Source: Candidatus Latescibacterota bacterium (GTDB lineage Bacteria > Latescibacterota > UBA2968 > UBA8231). From it: a stretch of DNA of 64,000 nt. A program made the position numbers and the translations under genes. Below the pieces are notes generated by a model. That model was not told the origin of the DNA. It worked only from the letters and a program-made list of their open reading frames with translations, and did not search any database. Of this stretch, positions 39,270-50,867 are shown in pieces (within the stretch, counting starts at the first letter, position 1; each line of letters opens with the position of its first letter). The stretch covers positions 928,001 through 992,000 of the forward strand of contig CBDCSU010000006.1 in NCBI GenBank assembly GCA_965221775.1. The letters run 5' to 3'.

Positions 39270-42200
39270 ATGGACGCGCCGAGTCTTCCTGGCGCTGATC
39301 GCCTGGTCCCTGCTGCGCGGCGTGTCCGCGGCTGAGACCGTCGTCTCCCTTCGCGTCCCCGAACTGGCCGGCGCCGACCGCGAGGAGATCGTCACCTCTG
39401 GCGTGCCCCTGCGCCAGGGCGCTCTGACCGACGAGACCCGGAGCCGGCTGCTGGACGAGGCCGGCCAGGAAGTACCCTTCGCCGGAACCGTCCTGGCGCG
39501 CTGGCCGGACGGCTCCGTCAAGTGGCTGCTCCTGGACTTCCGCGCCGCCGTCGCCTCCCGCGAGACGGCCCGCTTCACCCTGGAGTGCGGGGTCCCGTCG
39601 TCGTCGCAGATCACCGGGCCGCGGGTCCTCGTCCGCGAGGGCGGCCGCTCCATCGACGTCACCACCGGGCCGCTGCGCTTCCGGGTGAGCCGCGAGCGCT
39701 ACACGTTCCTGGACGGTGTGTGGCTCGACGGTGATGCCGACGGCGTGCTCTCACCGTCCGAGTCCCTCCTGGTCCCCGGCGCAGGCGGCAGCCGTCTCGA
39801 GGTGGAGACCACGCCCCCCGGGCCTCCCCAGGAGGAGAACTGGCTCCTCGACGCGGCGGGCGGGCCCCGCCAGGGGTACGACGCCGTCGCCACCGAGGCA
39901 CGGGTCGAGTTCGCCAATCCCCTTCGCGCCGTGGTGCTGGTCCGGGGCGAGTACCGCGACGAAGCGGGCGGGAGCATCGGCCCGTTCTGGACGCGGTACA
40001 CCGCCTGGGCGGGCGACACCGCCATCGGGGTGGAGCACTTCTTCGCCTTCGACGCCGACGTGGAGACAGCGTTTCTCCGGTCACTCTCACTCGGCCTGCG
40101 GTTCGCCGGCGGCGACCGGCTGAGGACTTCCTTCGGCCTCGGGCAAGGTGAGACCGCGGCGCCGGACCCGTCCCTCGCCGAGACCGCCTTGGTCCAGGTG
40201 ATGCCCGACCGGCTCTACCACCTGGTGCCGCTGAGCCTCGACCGGCGAGTGCGGTACCAGGTGGTCGGCCAGGGCGCCGACGGCGTCGACCAGGTCCTCG
40301 AGGAAGGGGTGGAGGCCGCCGGCTGGGTCCGCATGGAAGGCGGCCGGGGGACGGCGACCATCGCCTTGCGCGACTTCCCGCGGCTGCACCCCAAGGAGAT
40401 CCGGGTCCAGCCGGACCAGGGCGCGCTGCGGTACTACCTGTGGCCCGAGCGCGGCGGCAAGGTCCTGGACCTGCGGCGCCGCTACAAGGGACAACGGGTG
40501 GAGGACCACTACGACACCGGAGAGTATGGCCCCGCCGGCCGCGGTTTCGGCAAGACCCATCAGCTGCTGATCGACTTCAGCGCCACCCCCCCGAACGACG
40601 CCGAGGCCTCGGCCCTGGCCCGGCGCGCCGACGAGCCCCTGCGCGCCTTCTGCACCCCCGGGCACTACGCCTCGTGCGATGTCTGGAACCGCTTCCACCC
40701 CGTGGACACGGAACGCTTCCCGCAGACGGAGGCGATGATCCGCCTGGGCCTGGAGTGGGCCCTGCGCCTGCCGCGGACCTTCCACTGGGACGGCCTCGTC
40801 GACTGGGGCGATACGTTCTTCCACGCCTATGAAGGGGCCCCCCACAACCAGGTCGCCGAGGTACCCGCCACGAGTTGGGTCGTGCGAGGATACGACGGCT
40901 GGTTCAACAACGACTGCAACGTGGCCCACGACATCATGCTGCTCTTCCTGCGCTCGGCCGACGACCGCATCTACCAGTACTGGGAGCGGATGGTGCAGCA
41001 CGTGATGGACGTGGACACGATCCACGCCGCCGACGACTCGACCCAGGTCGGCGGCGGCCGGCGCCACGACCAGCAGCACTGGGGCGCATCGTACACGGGC
41101 TACGGCACCGCCGCGGTCGAGGCGGGCGAGCTCTACTACCTCACCGGCAGCCTGTGGGCGAAGGAGATGCTGGTCAAGTACGCCGACTGGTACATGGTGG
41201 GCGGCGGCGCGGAATGGGAGACCCGCCTGCCCTGTCTCGTGCTGGCCTGGGAGGCTACCGGCGACGACAGGTACATGCGCTACATCGAGCGCCCCGGGAT
41301 GCGCGAGGACGTGTACGGACTCGCCATGGGCATGCACGGCAGCATCGACAACCCGCACTTCCGCACCAACGGCGTCGAGGTCGGCGTGGACTTCCTGTAC
41401 CGGGCGACCGGCGACGCGCAGTGGCTCGATCATCTCACGACGGCGGCGCGGCGGATGATCGAGGTCAACCCCGGCAACCGCTACGGCCGCTCGCTCCTGG
41501 CCAAGGCCTGGCTGGCCACCGGCGACCGGGAGGTGCTCGACTGGCTGCGGCGGCTCCTGGTCGTGGGCGACCCGTACGGGCGCGCCGGGCTGGCGGAGTT
41601 CTTCCGGCAACACGAGATCCCGGACGACCTCGGCCGGCTCTCCTTCGAAGAGTTGGCCGAGCTGTTCAAGAGGTCGCCCATGGAGGGCGTGCGGGGGTTC
41701 ATCTACACCTACCGGTACTATCCCTACGTGATGGCCGCCCTGGCCGAGGCGGGCCTGGACGAGGGCCGGATGGAGCTGGTCGACTTCGCCCTCGACCGCA
41801 GGGGCATGGGGCAGTACCACCTGCGCGGCCCGGACGTGCCCACTCCTGCTAAGGCGCACTACGAGCCGGTCTCCCTCGCCGCCGTGGCCAACACCGATCC
41901 GCTGGCCGACCCCTTCGACCGCTACGCGGACTGGCAGCGGCATCCCCTGCGGCCCGGAGAGATCGGCTTCGACTTCGGCGAGAGGCAGGCCAGCAGTGGG
42001 GGCGAGTGCGAGCCCGGCTACCTGCCCGTGCGCACGGCCACCGCCTACCCCTACCGGGCCCCGCTGCCGCGCTCCGCGGAACACGACGGCACGAACCTCA
42101 TCGGCCTTCCCTTCGGCGCGACCTGGCAGATCAACAGCATCCCCTTCGCCCTGCCCGACCCGGCGTCGGCCGCGGAGGGGCGCACCATGCTGGTGGTCGG

Positions 42201-43446
42201 CAAGGGTGAGCGAATCGCCATTCCCATCGGCAGGACGGTCCGCAGGCTCTACGTGCTCGGCCACGTGATCCGCGACCGCTCCAGCTGGAAGGAGACCGGC
42301 GCCCGCTACCACCTCGACTACGCCGACGGCACGACCCGCCGCCTCGACCTGACCAACCTGGAGGACTACGAGAACGTCTTCCAGTGGGGTTTCGCCCGGC
42401 GCGCTCTCTTCGCCCGCAACTGGAAGGTGCAGGGCCGCTGGGACGGAGGCGCGCCGATCCTGAACACCTACCCCATCGAGTGCGAGGCGAAGCCCCTCGA
42501 GGAGCTGGTCATCGAGGACGCCGGCGAGGGCATCGGCTTCATGATCCTGGCGGTCACCGCCGAGGTCGCCGGTGCGGTGACGGAAGAGCCGGTCCTCGAC
42601 GTCTCCTTCACCGCGCCGGGCGCATCGCAGGGCCTCTGGCGGGAAGGGTCGGCCTCCGGCTGGCTGGAGATCGCGGGCGAGCTCACGGAGAGGGGCGGAG
42701 TCGTCTCGGACGGCGCGGCGACCTTGCGGACGGCCCTGGATGACGGCCGCTACGAGGTCGAGCTGGAGCTGGCCGGCGTCGGCTGGAGCGGGCCGTTCAA
42801 CGTCCGGGCGGACGGGCGCATGGCCGCTCGCGGCTACGTCGCCAGCAGCGGCTCCATCCCCGGCGTCACCAGCCGGCCCGAGCGCATCCGCTTCCCGGTG
42901 AGCGTCACCGGCGGCAGGCTGGACCTCACCCTCGAGGCGGACCGAACCGTGGGCAACTGGTGGCACCCCAGCAGGCTGAGGGGAGAAGCCTGGCGCCTGA
43001 CGCGGATGCGCGTATTCCCTTCGCAGCAGCAGCCCCCCGCGCCGCGGCGGGAGATCACCTATGGCTGGCTCGATGCGGACATGACCGCCGTGCCGCTGCC
43101 GCCGGACGAGGTCGGGAGCCTGCGCGACGCCCGCCTTCACACCTGCATCCGCAGCAAGTCCCCGGGAGGCACCTTCCGCGCCGACCTCCCGGCGGGCGAC
43201 TACGAAGCGGAGCTGATCTTCGCGCTCCGCGGCGCCGGCACCCGCGAGGGCCCGGTGAAGATGGACGTGTCGGTGCAAGGCAGACCCGTCCTTACCGGCT
43301 TCGACGGCGGCTCGTTCGATCAGCCGGTGGTGCGGACCTGCCCGGTGCGCATCGAGCCCGGAGGCCACCTGGAGGTCCAGCTCGAGAGCGCGGGCGGCGA
43401 CAACGAGTGGGGGATCAGCGCCCTCGTGGTCCGCCCGGCGGAGTGA
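39270..43446 (+). CDS. YetA/PL26 (exo-rhamnogalacturonan lyase)-like protein with C-terminal carbohydrate-binding-like domains; start codon out of frame by 1 nt
   Basis: SGVPLRQG..LARWPDGSVKWLLLDF N-terminal signature; GLVDWGD, DVDTIH, RRHDQQHW; signal peptide TRRVFLALIAWSLLRGVSA; first in-frame start is GTG 39322. Confidence 0.65.
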
Positions 43447-43453
43447 GCAGCGG

Positions 43454-44788
43454 GTGGGCGCAAAGCACCTCTTCGTCGACGATGAAGTGATCGCCCGCAG
43501 GGAGGGCGTCGCACGCCGGACCCATCCCTGCCGCAAGCTGCCGCGGCCCGTCATCGCGGGCCGGGAATCCTGGCAGACGCCCTACGGCGACGAGCGCGTC
43601 TACATCTACGGCACGGTCCTGCCCGCCGGGGACGGCGACACCCTCAGAATGTGGTACATGCGTTGGCCGGACCGGGTCCTCTACGCCGAATCGGAGGACG
43701 GAGTCTCCTGGCGCCGGCCGCAGCTCGGCAGGAACAACGTCCTCCCCATCCGCCTCCACAGCCCCAGCGTCATCCACGACCCGGCGGACCCCGACCCCGA
43801 GCGCCGCTACAAGATGCTCGGCGTCTCCCTCTCGCCCGAGAGCCGCGGCTACTGCGCGGCCCATTCCGCCGACGGCCTGAGCTGGCAGCTCTACCCCACC
43901 AACCCCGTCCTGCCCGGCGGCGACACCTGCAGCCTGGCCCGGGACCCCGTTACCGGCGACTACCTCGCCTTCCACAAGCGCTACGGCATCCACCGGGGCC
44001 GCAGACGCCGCCTGGTCTACCTGTCAGCGAGCCCCGACATGCACAGCTGGTCGGAGGCCGACCTCGTCATGGCCCCGGACGAGATCGACGACGCTCGGAC
44101 ACGGGCGGAGGGCGGTCTGTTCTCGCAGTTCTACCACATGTCGGTCATTCCATACGGCGGGATGTGGCTGGGCCTCGTCACCCACTTCCGGCACACGGGC
44201 CCACCTGTGGAGAAGGGTCCGGAGCAGAGCAGGGACGACGGCCCCATCGACGTGCAACTGGTGCACAGCCGCGACGGCCGAACCTGGTCCCGGTGCCAAG
44301 ACCGGTCGCCCGTCATCGCGAACGGCCCCCACGACTACGACGCCGGCTGCATACTCGGGGTCGCCAACGGGCCCATCCTGGCGGAGAACGAGGTCCGTCT
44401 CTACTACACGGGCATCACCACGACTCACGGGGGATTCGTGCCGCGGAAGAAGATCACCATCGCCCGCGCCGCCTGGCGGCTGGACGGCTGGGTCTCCCTC
44501 GACGCCGGGGAGACGCCGGGCATCGTGGAGACCACCTCCCTGTCCGCGGAGGGTCAGCGCCTGATCGTCAACGCCGATGCCGCAAGGGGGGAGCTGAGGG
44601 CCGAGGTCCTGGGCCCGTCAGGCGCCCCGGTCCCCGGCCACGGCCTCAACGAGTGCCGCCCGGTCACCGGGGATGGAGTGCATCAGACCGTCCGTTGGAA
44701 GGCGCGCGGCGCCCTGCCCTCGTGCGGAGCGGTCCGCATCCGCTTCCAGCTCAGGAACGCCAGCCTCTACAGCTTCACCATCGAGTAA
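43454..44788 (+). CDS. Beta-propeller glycoside-hydrolase-like protein
   Basis: LFVDD, YAESEDGVSW, SRDGRTW, WRLDGWVSLDA...LYSF; paralogue of the 31470 and 32858 genes. Confidence 0.7.
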   Translation: MGAKHLFVDDEVIARREGVARRTHPCRKLPRPVIAGRESWQTPYGDERVYIYGTVLPAGDGDTLRMWYMRWPDRVLYAESEDGVSWRRPQLGRNNVLPIRLHSPSVIHDPADPDPERRYKMLGVSLSPESRGYCAAHSADGLSWQLYPTNPVLPGGDTCSLARDPVTGDYLAFHKRYGIHRGRRRRLVYLSASPDMHSWSEADLVMAPDEIDDARTRAEGGLFSQFYHMSVIPYGGMWLGLVTHFRHTGPPVEKGPEQSRDDGPIDVQLVHSRDGRTWSRCQDRSPVIANGPHDYDAGCILGVANGPILAENEVRLYYTGITTTHGGFVPRKKITIARAAWRLDGWVSLDAGETPGIVETTSLSAEGQRLIVNADAARGELRAEVLGPSGAPVPGHGLNECRPVTGDGVHQTVRWKARGALPSCGAVRIRFQLRNASLYSFTIE

Positions 44789-44828
44789 CCGCGCCGGATC
44801 GCCCGGGCTCGCGCGAGCGCGGCTCCCC

Positions 44829-45899
44829 TCACTTCACCACCACCTGGTTCACCTTGATGCGCCGGGCCTTCCCCTCCGGCCCCTCCACGTCCAGGATGAC
44901 CACGAACTCGCCGGGCTCCTCGTACTGGTGAATCGGGTGCTGCTCGGCGGAGGAGGTGCTGTCGCCGAAGTCCCACGACCACGACGTGATCTGCCCCCGC
45001 GACCGGTCGGTGAAGGCGATGAGCCGGCGGTCCATGTCGATGACCTGGAAGGAGTACTCCGCCTCCAGCGGCTTGAGGTACTCCGGCTCGAGCGGCATCA
45101 GGCGGAAGGCGCACAGGCTCGAAGCGTCGCAGTACATGCTCGTCTCGTGCGACAGGTTCCAGAACCCCTCGTACTCCTCGGTGTTCTCGTCGAAGTCGAG
45201 GACCGACCACGACAGGGCGATCAGGCCGTTCTCCTCCAGGCGGGAGACGGCGGCCCTCTCCGGGCCGTCGTACGGGGCGTAGTCGAAAGGCGTGATCCAG
45301 AACTCCAGCACGAGGTGGCCGCTCTCCCCCTCTTCGAAATCGTACGAGTACGCGTGGTTGGCCCAGGGCAGCCGGCCGATCCACGGCTGGCACCCCCAGA
45401 CGAAAGCCCAGTCCCGCCCTTCTCCGGCGGGCGTGAAGATGTGGTAGTTCTGGGCATGCACCCCCTTGAACAGGAAGTGGCTCTCCCAGGGATTGTCGAT
45501 CTGGGGATTGACGATGTTCGGCCCCCCGGACCGGTCCGCGTCGACGGCGACCTCGAACAGGTCTCCGTACTTGTAGTACATGTTCCAGTAGTCGTCGTAC
45601 GCCTCGTAGAGGAAGTAGAGGCGGTTCAGCCCCTCCACCCAACCGACGCGCACGGTGACGTCCAGGTCCTCGCGGTTGTAGTTGGTGAAGTTCCCCCTCA
45701 CCGTGTCGGAGAGCTCGTCCACACCGTACGCGTAGCTGTCGGGCACCATGTCCCAGTCGCCGGTCTCGCCGTCGATGCGGGGGATCATGTCGGGTGGAAA
45801 CTGGAAGATCTTGAACTCCCTGTCGGTGCGCTCCAGAGGCTGGGAGGGTGAAACCCCCAGCAGCACGGCGGCTGCGATGGCTGCTGCCTGCTTGATCAA
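44829..45899 (-). CDS. Secreted protein with CBM9-like N-domain and C-terminal PKD domain
   Basis: TTG start after GAAAGGGGG; IDGETGDW; PKD motif FTDRS..WSWDFGD..HPIHQY..PG. Confidence 0.78.
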   Translation of the reverse strand: MIKQAAAIAAAVLLGVSPSQPLERTDREFKIFQFPPDMIPRIDGETGDWDMVPDSYAYGVDELSDTVRGNFTNYNREDLDVTVRVGWVEGLNRLYFLYEAYDDYWNMYYKYGDLFEVAVDADRSGGPNIVNPQIDNPWESHFLFKGVHAQNYHIFTPAGEGRDWAFVWGCQPWIGRLPWANHAYSYDFEEGESGHLVLEFWITPFDYAPYDGPERAAVSRLEENGLIALSWSVLDFDENTEEYEGFWNLSHETSMYCDASSLCAFRLMPLEPEYLKPLEAEYSFQVIDMDRRLIAFTDRSRGQITSWSWDFGDSTSSAEQHPIHQYEEPGEFVVILDVEGPEGKARRIKVNQVVVK

Positions 45900-47800
45900 G
45901 TGCGGCCCCCTTTCACTTTGCCATCGAGGTTGTGCCTCTCTTCTCTCAGCTGCTTGCGGACCTGGTTGTAGCGGGCGAAGACCTGGCGATAGTCGACGAG
46001 CCGGGCGTCCGACAGGCTGAGTCTCGGGGACGCGGTCTCGTACCACTGCCGCGCCTCGGGGACGAACAAGTGCATGAGCAGGAGGTTCATGGTCCTCATG
46101 TAGCGCCCGGCCCCCATGCGCACCCCCTCGATGGGCCAGCCGGGAATCCCCAGGGTCGTCGTCAGCAACCGGTCGTACAGGTCCTTCCGGGCCTGGCGGC
46201 TGGTGGTCTCGCCCTCCAGGCCGTAGTGCGCCATGATCCGGCCCTGGTAGCGGGCGAAGTGATCGGCCCGGCAGTAGATCTGGGTCTGGAAGTTCGTGTA
46301 GATCAGGACCCAGTCGAGCTCCTTCAGAGCCAGGCGCAGGCGCACCGTGTACCGGCTGATGGGAACGAAGCAGACCTCCACATCGTACTTCTCCAGTAGC
46401 TGCTCAAAGCCCCTCCCAACCGACTCGATGGTGTGATGGTCGCGATTGACCTCGTCCAGGTAGTGCTCCATACGGCCATCGATGAACGTCTTCATCCTGG
46501 GACTGAGGCCGAAACTCAAGGCCCCCCCAAGGTGGTACGGATTGAAGACCCGGCCCTCGAGTTGGAGCTCTCTCAGGAACTGAATCGCCTCCCAGTGGTA
46601 CTTCACCTCATCGACATCCTGGTCGAGGTACCGGGCGCGCTGCTCCGCGGTATGCCAGGGATGGCGGTACCTCGCCGTTCCCGGATGCTGGAAGTGCAGC
46701 CACACCGCCAGGGCCCACACCACACTCGCCGCCACCTGGGGCCACCGCCGCCCCCGGGCCTGGCTTCTCCCGGGGAGGAGCACGATGGCGCCGAGAACGA
46801 GAGGCGCCATCCAGAAGAAGCGCACGGCGAAGAGCATCAACACCGCCGCCCCCACTCCCCAGCAGGCCCGGATCAGCTCTTCCCTGCCCGGGGCATCCAC
46901 GCCCAGGCGCCGGGCGCTGCGAATCCCCTGCCCCAGGCGGAAGAGGAGGAGGATCAGCAACAGCAGGAACCCCGCCACCAGGACCGGCGAGGAGAGGGGC
47001 AGGAAGTTGGTGACACCGAAGGGATTCCAGTGGCCCCACTCATCGAGGACCTGCGTGTAGTCGTAGACCTGGATATCCGGGTCGTGGGACTGGCTCAGCC
47101 AGTAGAAGACGTAGAGCTTCCAGCCCATGGGGTTCACCATGACGGCCCCCAGGCTGAGCGCGAGAGTGGCCGCATGTCCCGGGAGGTCGGCCTCCGCGAA
47201 CCTCCGCGGAAAGCACCAGAAGACCAGGAGTACCAACCAGAAGGGAAAGATGATCAGGGCTACGGAATGCAGGTTCGCCCACAGGATCATCGTGGCCGCG
47301 CAGACCAGGCGAGGGCCCCAGCCGATCCGGTCCCTGTGCCGCCACAAGTACCCCAGCAGGAGGAAGAAGAAGATCACAGTCACCAGGTGGGGACGCAGCT
47401 GAATCAGCCGCTGGTAGGCGAAGAGGACCAGCACGCCGGAAGCCAACCAGGGGAAGTGGGCCGTCCCGCCCATGCCCCGCGCCCAGTACCACACCGCCCC
47501 GCAGGCCAGGAGGGCCAGCAGGGCGGTCAGTCCTCTCACACCAGCCATGCCCCACTGGGAGTGGACCAGGTGGAGCCCCACCTGGAAGAGCCACTCGTGG
47601 TAGAAGGGGTAGGTGTCCTCGGGGCTGGTGAACAGGAAGGGGTCCGCGGCGGGGAACTCCTTCCCCTGCCACAGGATCTCCCCCAGCTTGAGATGCCAGA
47701 AGACGTCATCGGTGCGGACCGGCTGCAGGCAGGTGACCAGCAAGTAGAACAGGCCGATGGCCGCGGCGGCGATGAGACCGCCCATCTCCCAACGGATCAT
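45896..47800 (-). CDS. Polytopic membrane protein, GT-C-like (lipid-linked glycosyltransferase candidate)
   Basis: DDVFWHLKLG first loop, HEWLFQ, LRPH, LWANLH, VNP.G, C-terminal FIDGR; adjacent to the GT2 gene. Confidence 0.65.
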   Translation of the reverse strand: MIRWEMGGLIAAAAIGLFYLLVTCLQPVRTDDVFWHLKLGEILWQGKEFPAADPFLFTSPEDTYPFYHEWLFQVGLHLVHSQWGMAGVRGLTALLALLACGAVWYWARGMGGTAHFPWLASGVLVLFAYQRLIQLRPHLVTVIFFFLLLGYLWRHRDRIGWGPRLVCAATMILWANLHSVALIIFPFWLVLLVFWCFPRRFAEADLPGHAATLALSLGAVMVNPMGWKLYVFYWLSQSHDPDIQVYDYTQVLDEWGHWNPFGVTNFLPLSSPVLVAGFLLLLILLLFRLGQGIRSARRLGVDAPGREELIRACWGVGAAVLMLFAVRFFWMAPLVLGAIVLLPGRSQARGRRWPQVAASVVWALAVWLHFQHPGTARYRHPWHTAEQRARYLDQDVDEVKYHWEAIQFLRELQLEGRVFNPYHLGGALSFGLSPRMKTFIDGRMEHYLDEVNRDHHTIESVGRGFEQLLEKYDVEVCFVPISRYTVRLRLALKELDWVLIYTNFQTQIYCRADHFARYQGRIMAHYGLEGETTSRQARKDLYDRLLTTTLGIPGWPIEGVRMGAGRYMRTMNLLLMHLFVPEARQWYETASPRLSLSDARLVDYRQVFARYNQVRKQLREERHNLDGKVKGGRT

Positions 47801-47807
47801 GTTGTCT

Positions 47808-48512
47808 CTAGGGGCCATCCTGGCCCGCGGCATCTCGCGAGAGCCTGTCCCTGGCGATGGTGAAGAGGGCCCGGAGGCCGTCGCGGGCGCGGATCTTCTT
47901 GCCTTCCTCGAAGGACCGCGGGGTGTAGGCGATGGGGATCTCGCCGATGCGGCAACCGCGCCTGGCGAGCTTGTTCGTCAGCTCGAAGTCCAGGTCGAAC
48001 CCGTTCCCCTTCAGATCGAGGCTCCGGAAGACGTCGGTGCGAACCATCTTGGAGGCGGTGGCCACATCGGTCAGGCGGCACCCGAAGGCGGCATTGGTGA
48101 GACTGGTGAGCAGGCGGACACCCCAGTAGTAGTGCTCATACAGGGCCGGATGCCCGCCCAGGACCCTGGACCCGTACGCCGCGTCCCACCCCTGTGACTC
48201 GATCGCCTGCAGGAGGACCGGCAGGCTGGCGGGATCGTACTCGAGGTCCGCGTCCTGAATGACGGTCCAGGTTCCGCGGCAATAGGGCAGAGCCGTGCGG
48301 ATGGAGTGGCCCTTGCCCAGGTTCCGCTCCTGCAGGATCACTCGAAGGCCATCGGCCTCCATCGACTCGACGTACTCGCGGGTGCCGTCGTCGGAGCAGT
48401 TGTCCACCACGATCAGCTCTTTCGCAAGGTCGAGGGCCAGCACTCCCTCGACGGCGGCCTCGATCGTCTCCCTCTCGTTGCAGGCCGCCATGATGACGGA
48501 GAGCTTCAACAC
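47808..48512 (-). CDS. GT2 glycosyltransferase (polyprenol-phosphate/DPM-synthase-like)
   Basis: VVDNCSDDGT, NLGKG, IQDADLEYDP, GSR, LTD, PRSFEEGKKI. Confidence 0.9.
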   Translation of the reverse strand: MLKLSVIMAACNERETIEAAVEGVLALDLAKELIVVDNCSDDGTREYVESMEADGLRVILQERNLGKGHSIRTALPYCRGTWTVIQDADLEYDPASLPVLLQAIESQGWDAAYGSRVLGGHPALYEHYYWGVRLLTSLTNAAFGCRLTDVATASKMVRTDVFRSLDLKGNGFDLDFELTNKLARRGCRIGEIPIAYTPRSFEEGKKIRARDGLRALFTIARDRLSRDAAGQDGP

Positions 48513-48534
48513 CGGCGGGCCTCCGGGAGCGGTT

Positions 48535-49851
48535 TCAGAAACGCGAGCAGAACTGCTCGAGGCTGTCGATCAGGTGCGCCGTCATGGCCTCATCGATCCC
48601 CGGGTACACGCCCAGCCAGAAGGACCGCTCCATCGCCGCATCCGAGTTCGACAGCGGACCGGCCACGCGGTAAGGCAGGCCCGTGTAGGCGGGCTGACGG
48701 GTGAGGTTCCCCCCGAAGAGGGCCCGGGTGCCGATGCCGCGGTCCGTCAGGTAGGCGATGAGCGCCTTGCGCTCGAAGGGCGCCGACTCGCGAAGGGTGA
48801 GAGGAAACCCGAACCAGCTCGGCTCCGCCTTCTCCAGCCACGACGGCAGGATGAAGAGCTCCTCCAGGGACTGCAGCTCCCCATGCAGGCGGTCGAAGGT
48901 CCGCCTGCGCCTGTCGATGAAGGCGGGAAGCTTCTGCAGTTGCGCCACCCCCACGGCGGCCTGCATGTCCGTGAGCTTGAGGTTGTAGCCCACGTGCGAG
49001 TAGATGTACTTGTGATCGTAGCCCGCCGGCAGTTCGCCGAGCTGCCAGTCGAACCGGCGGCCGCAGGTGTTCTGCTCGCCGGGGTCGCACCAGCAGTCGC
49101 GGCCCCAGTCGCGGTAGGACTCGACGATCCGGTTCAGCTCGGAGGAGCCGGTGAGGACGCAGCCCCCTTCCCCCATCGTGAGGTGGTGGGCGGGGTAGAA
49201 GCTCACCGTTGCGAGGCTCCCGAAGGTGCCCACGTGCCGGCCGCCGAAGCGGGAGCCCACGGCATCGCAGCAGTCCTCGATGAGCACGAGATCGTGCCGG
49301 GCGGCGACCTCGCACACCGAGTCCAGATCGAAGGGGTTGCCGAGAGTGTGGGCGAGGAAGACGGCCCGGGTCTTCGGGCCGACGGCATCGGCCAGCGCCT
49401 CGACGGAAATGTTGTAGGTCCCGAGATCGATGTCGACGAAGACGGGTACGAGACCTGTCTGGAAGATGGGGTTCACCGTGGTCGGGAAGCCCGCGGCCAC
49501 CGTGACCACCTCGTCGCCGGGACGAAGCCGTCTGTCGCCGAGCTTCGGGGAGGTGAGGCAGGACAGGGCCAGCAGGTTCGCCGAGGAGCCGGAGTTGCAG
49601 AGGCTGGCGTGCCGCAGGCCCCAGAAACGGGAGAACTCCCGCTCGAACTGCTCCGCGAAGCGGCCCGAGGTGAGCCAGAAGTCGAGGGCCGCATCGGTCA
49701 GGTGCACCAGCTCCTCGGCGTCGAAGACGCGCCCGGAGACGGGGACCGGGCCCGAGCCCGGCTCGAAGGGCTCGGAGGGAAAGGCGGCGCCGTGATACTG
49801 GCGCACGAGATCCAGGATCTGCCGGCGAAGCTCGTCGGACTCTCGGCTCAT
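48535..49851 (-). CDS. rfbH: CDP-4-keto-6-deoxy-D-glucose 3-dehydrase (E1)
   Basis: [29 protein letters not shown] (His in place of Lys), [17 protein letters not shown]. Confidence 0.93.
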   Translation of the reverse strand: MSRESDELRRQILDLVRQYHGAAFPSEPFEPGSGPVPVSGRVFDAEELVHLTDAALDFWLTSGRFAEQFEREFSRFWGLRHASLCNSGSSANLLALSCLTSPKLGDRRLRPGDEVVTVAAGFPTTVNPIFQTGLVPVFVDIDLGTYNISVEALADAVGPKTRAVFLAHTLGNPFDLDSVCEVAARHDLVLIEDCCDAVGSRFGGRHVGTFGSLATVSFYPAHHLTMGEGGCVLTGSSELNRIVESYRDWGRDCWCDPGEQNTCGRRFDWQLGELPAGYDHKYIYSHVGYNLKLTDMQAAVGVAQLQKLPAFIDRRRRTFDRLHGELQSLEELFILPSWLEKAEPSWFGFPLTLRESAPFERKALIAYLTDRGIGTRALFGGNLTRQPAYTGLPYRVAGPLSNSDAAMERSFWLGVYPGIDEAMTAHLIDSLEQFCSRF

Positions 49852-50867
49852 GCAGATCTCACGGAGTTTCGCTGGAGGTGCGTCCGGTACCACTCGATCG
49901 TGGGCGGCAGCCCCGAGTCCAGGTCGTACCGGGGGTTCCACTGAAGCAGTGACCGCGCCTTCTCGGCGGAGAGATACTGGGCGGGGATCTCGCCTTCGGC
50001 CGTGGCGCGGACTTCCGGTTCCAGATGCTCGCAGCCCATGAGGGACCGCAGCTTGTCGACGATATCGAGCACGGTGGACTGCGACTCCGTGCTGAAGTTG
50101 AACGCCTCTCCGCCGATGGAACCGTCGTGGAGCGCCTCGGCGAGTCTGATGTACGCGCTGACCACGTCCTCGACGTAGATGTAGTCCCGGATGTGGCTGC
50201 CGTCGCTGCGGACGACCGGGCGCTGGCCACGTTCGAGGGCCGCGATCGTGCCCGGAATCAACCGGCTCCAGTTGAGATCGCCGCCTCCGTAGACGTTGCC
50301 GCAACGGGCCACGGCGACCCGCAGTCCGAAGGCGTGGTGATAGCACTGCGCGAGCAGGTCGGCGCACGCCTTCGAGACCTCGTACGGCTGCCGCCCGGCC
50401 AGCGGCATCTCCTCGGTGTAAGGCAGCCTCCGGCTCTCTCCGTACGCCTTGTCGCTCGACGCGACGACGACTTCGCTGACCACGTCACCGAACCGGCGGC
50501 ACGTATCCAGGAGAGTCCACGTCCCTCGTATGTTCGTCTCGAAGGTGGCCACCGGGTTGGCCCGGGCCTCCGGGACGATCGCCTGGGCGGCGAGGTGGAA
50601 GACGGTCTGCGCTCCATGCCCGGTCACCGAGCGGGCCAGGGCGCTGGAGTCTTCGACCGAGCCGCTGACAAGCCTGAGCCGATCGAGGAGGCCGGACTCG
50701 TACAGCTGAGACCGGGGATCGGCGGCCACGTCCAGTGCCGTCACATCGGCTCCCAGCCCCAGGAGCCGCTCCACAAGCCGGCAGCCTATGAAGCCCGCGG
50801 CCCCCGTGACCAGGACACGGCGGCCTGGCCAAAGCTCGGCCTTCGTGCTCTCCACGGCCGAGGTCAC
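49848..50867 (-). CDS. rfbG: CDP-glucose 4,6-dehydratase-like NDP-sugar dehydratase
   Basis: [40 protein letters not shown]; located between rfbF and rfbH. Confidence 0.82.
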   Translation of the reverse strand: MTSAVESTKAELWPGRRVLVTGAAGFIGCRLVERLLGLGADVTALDVAADPRSQLYESGLLDRLRLVSGSVEDSSALARSVTGHGAQTVFHLAAQAIVPEARANPVATFETNIRGTWTLLDTCRRFGDVVSEVVVASSDKAYGESRRLPYTEEMPLAGRQPYEVSKACADLLAQCYHHAFGLRVAVARCGNVYGGGDLNWSRLIPGTIAALERGQRPVVRSDGSHIRDYIYVEDVVSAYIRLAEALHDGSIGGEAFNFSTESQSTVLDIVDKLRSLMGCEHLEPEVRATAEGEIPAQYLSAEKARSLLQWNPRYDLDSGLPPTIEWYRTHLQRNSVRSA

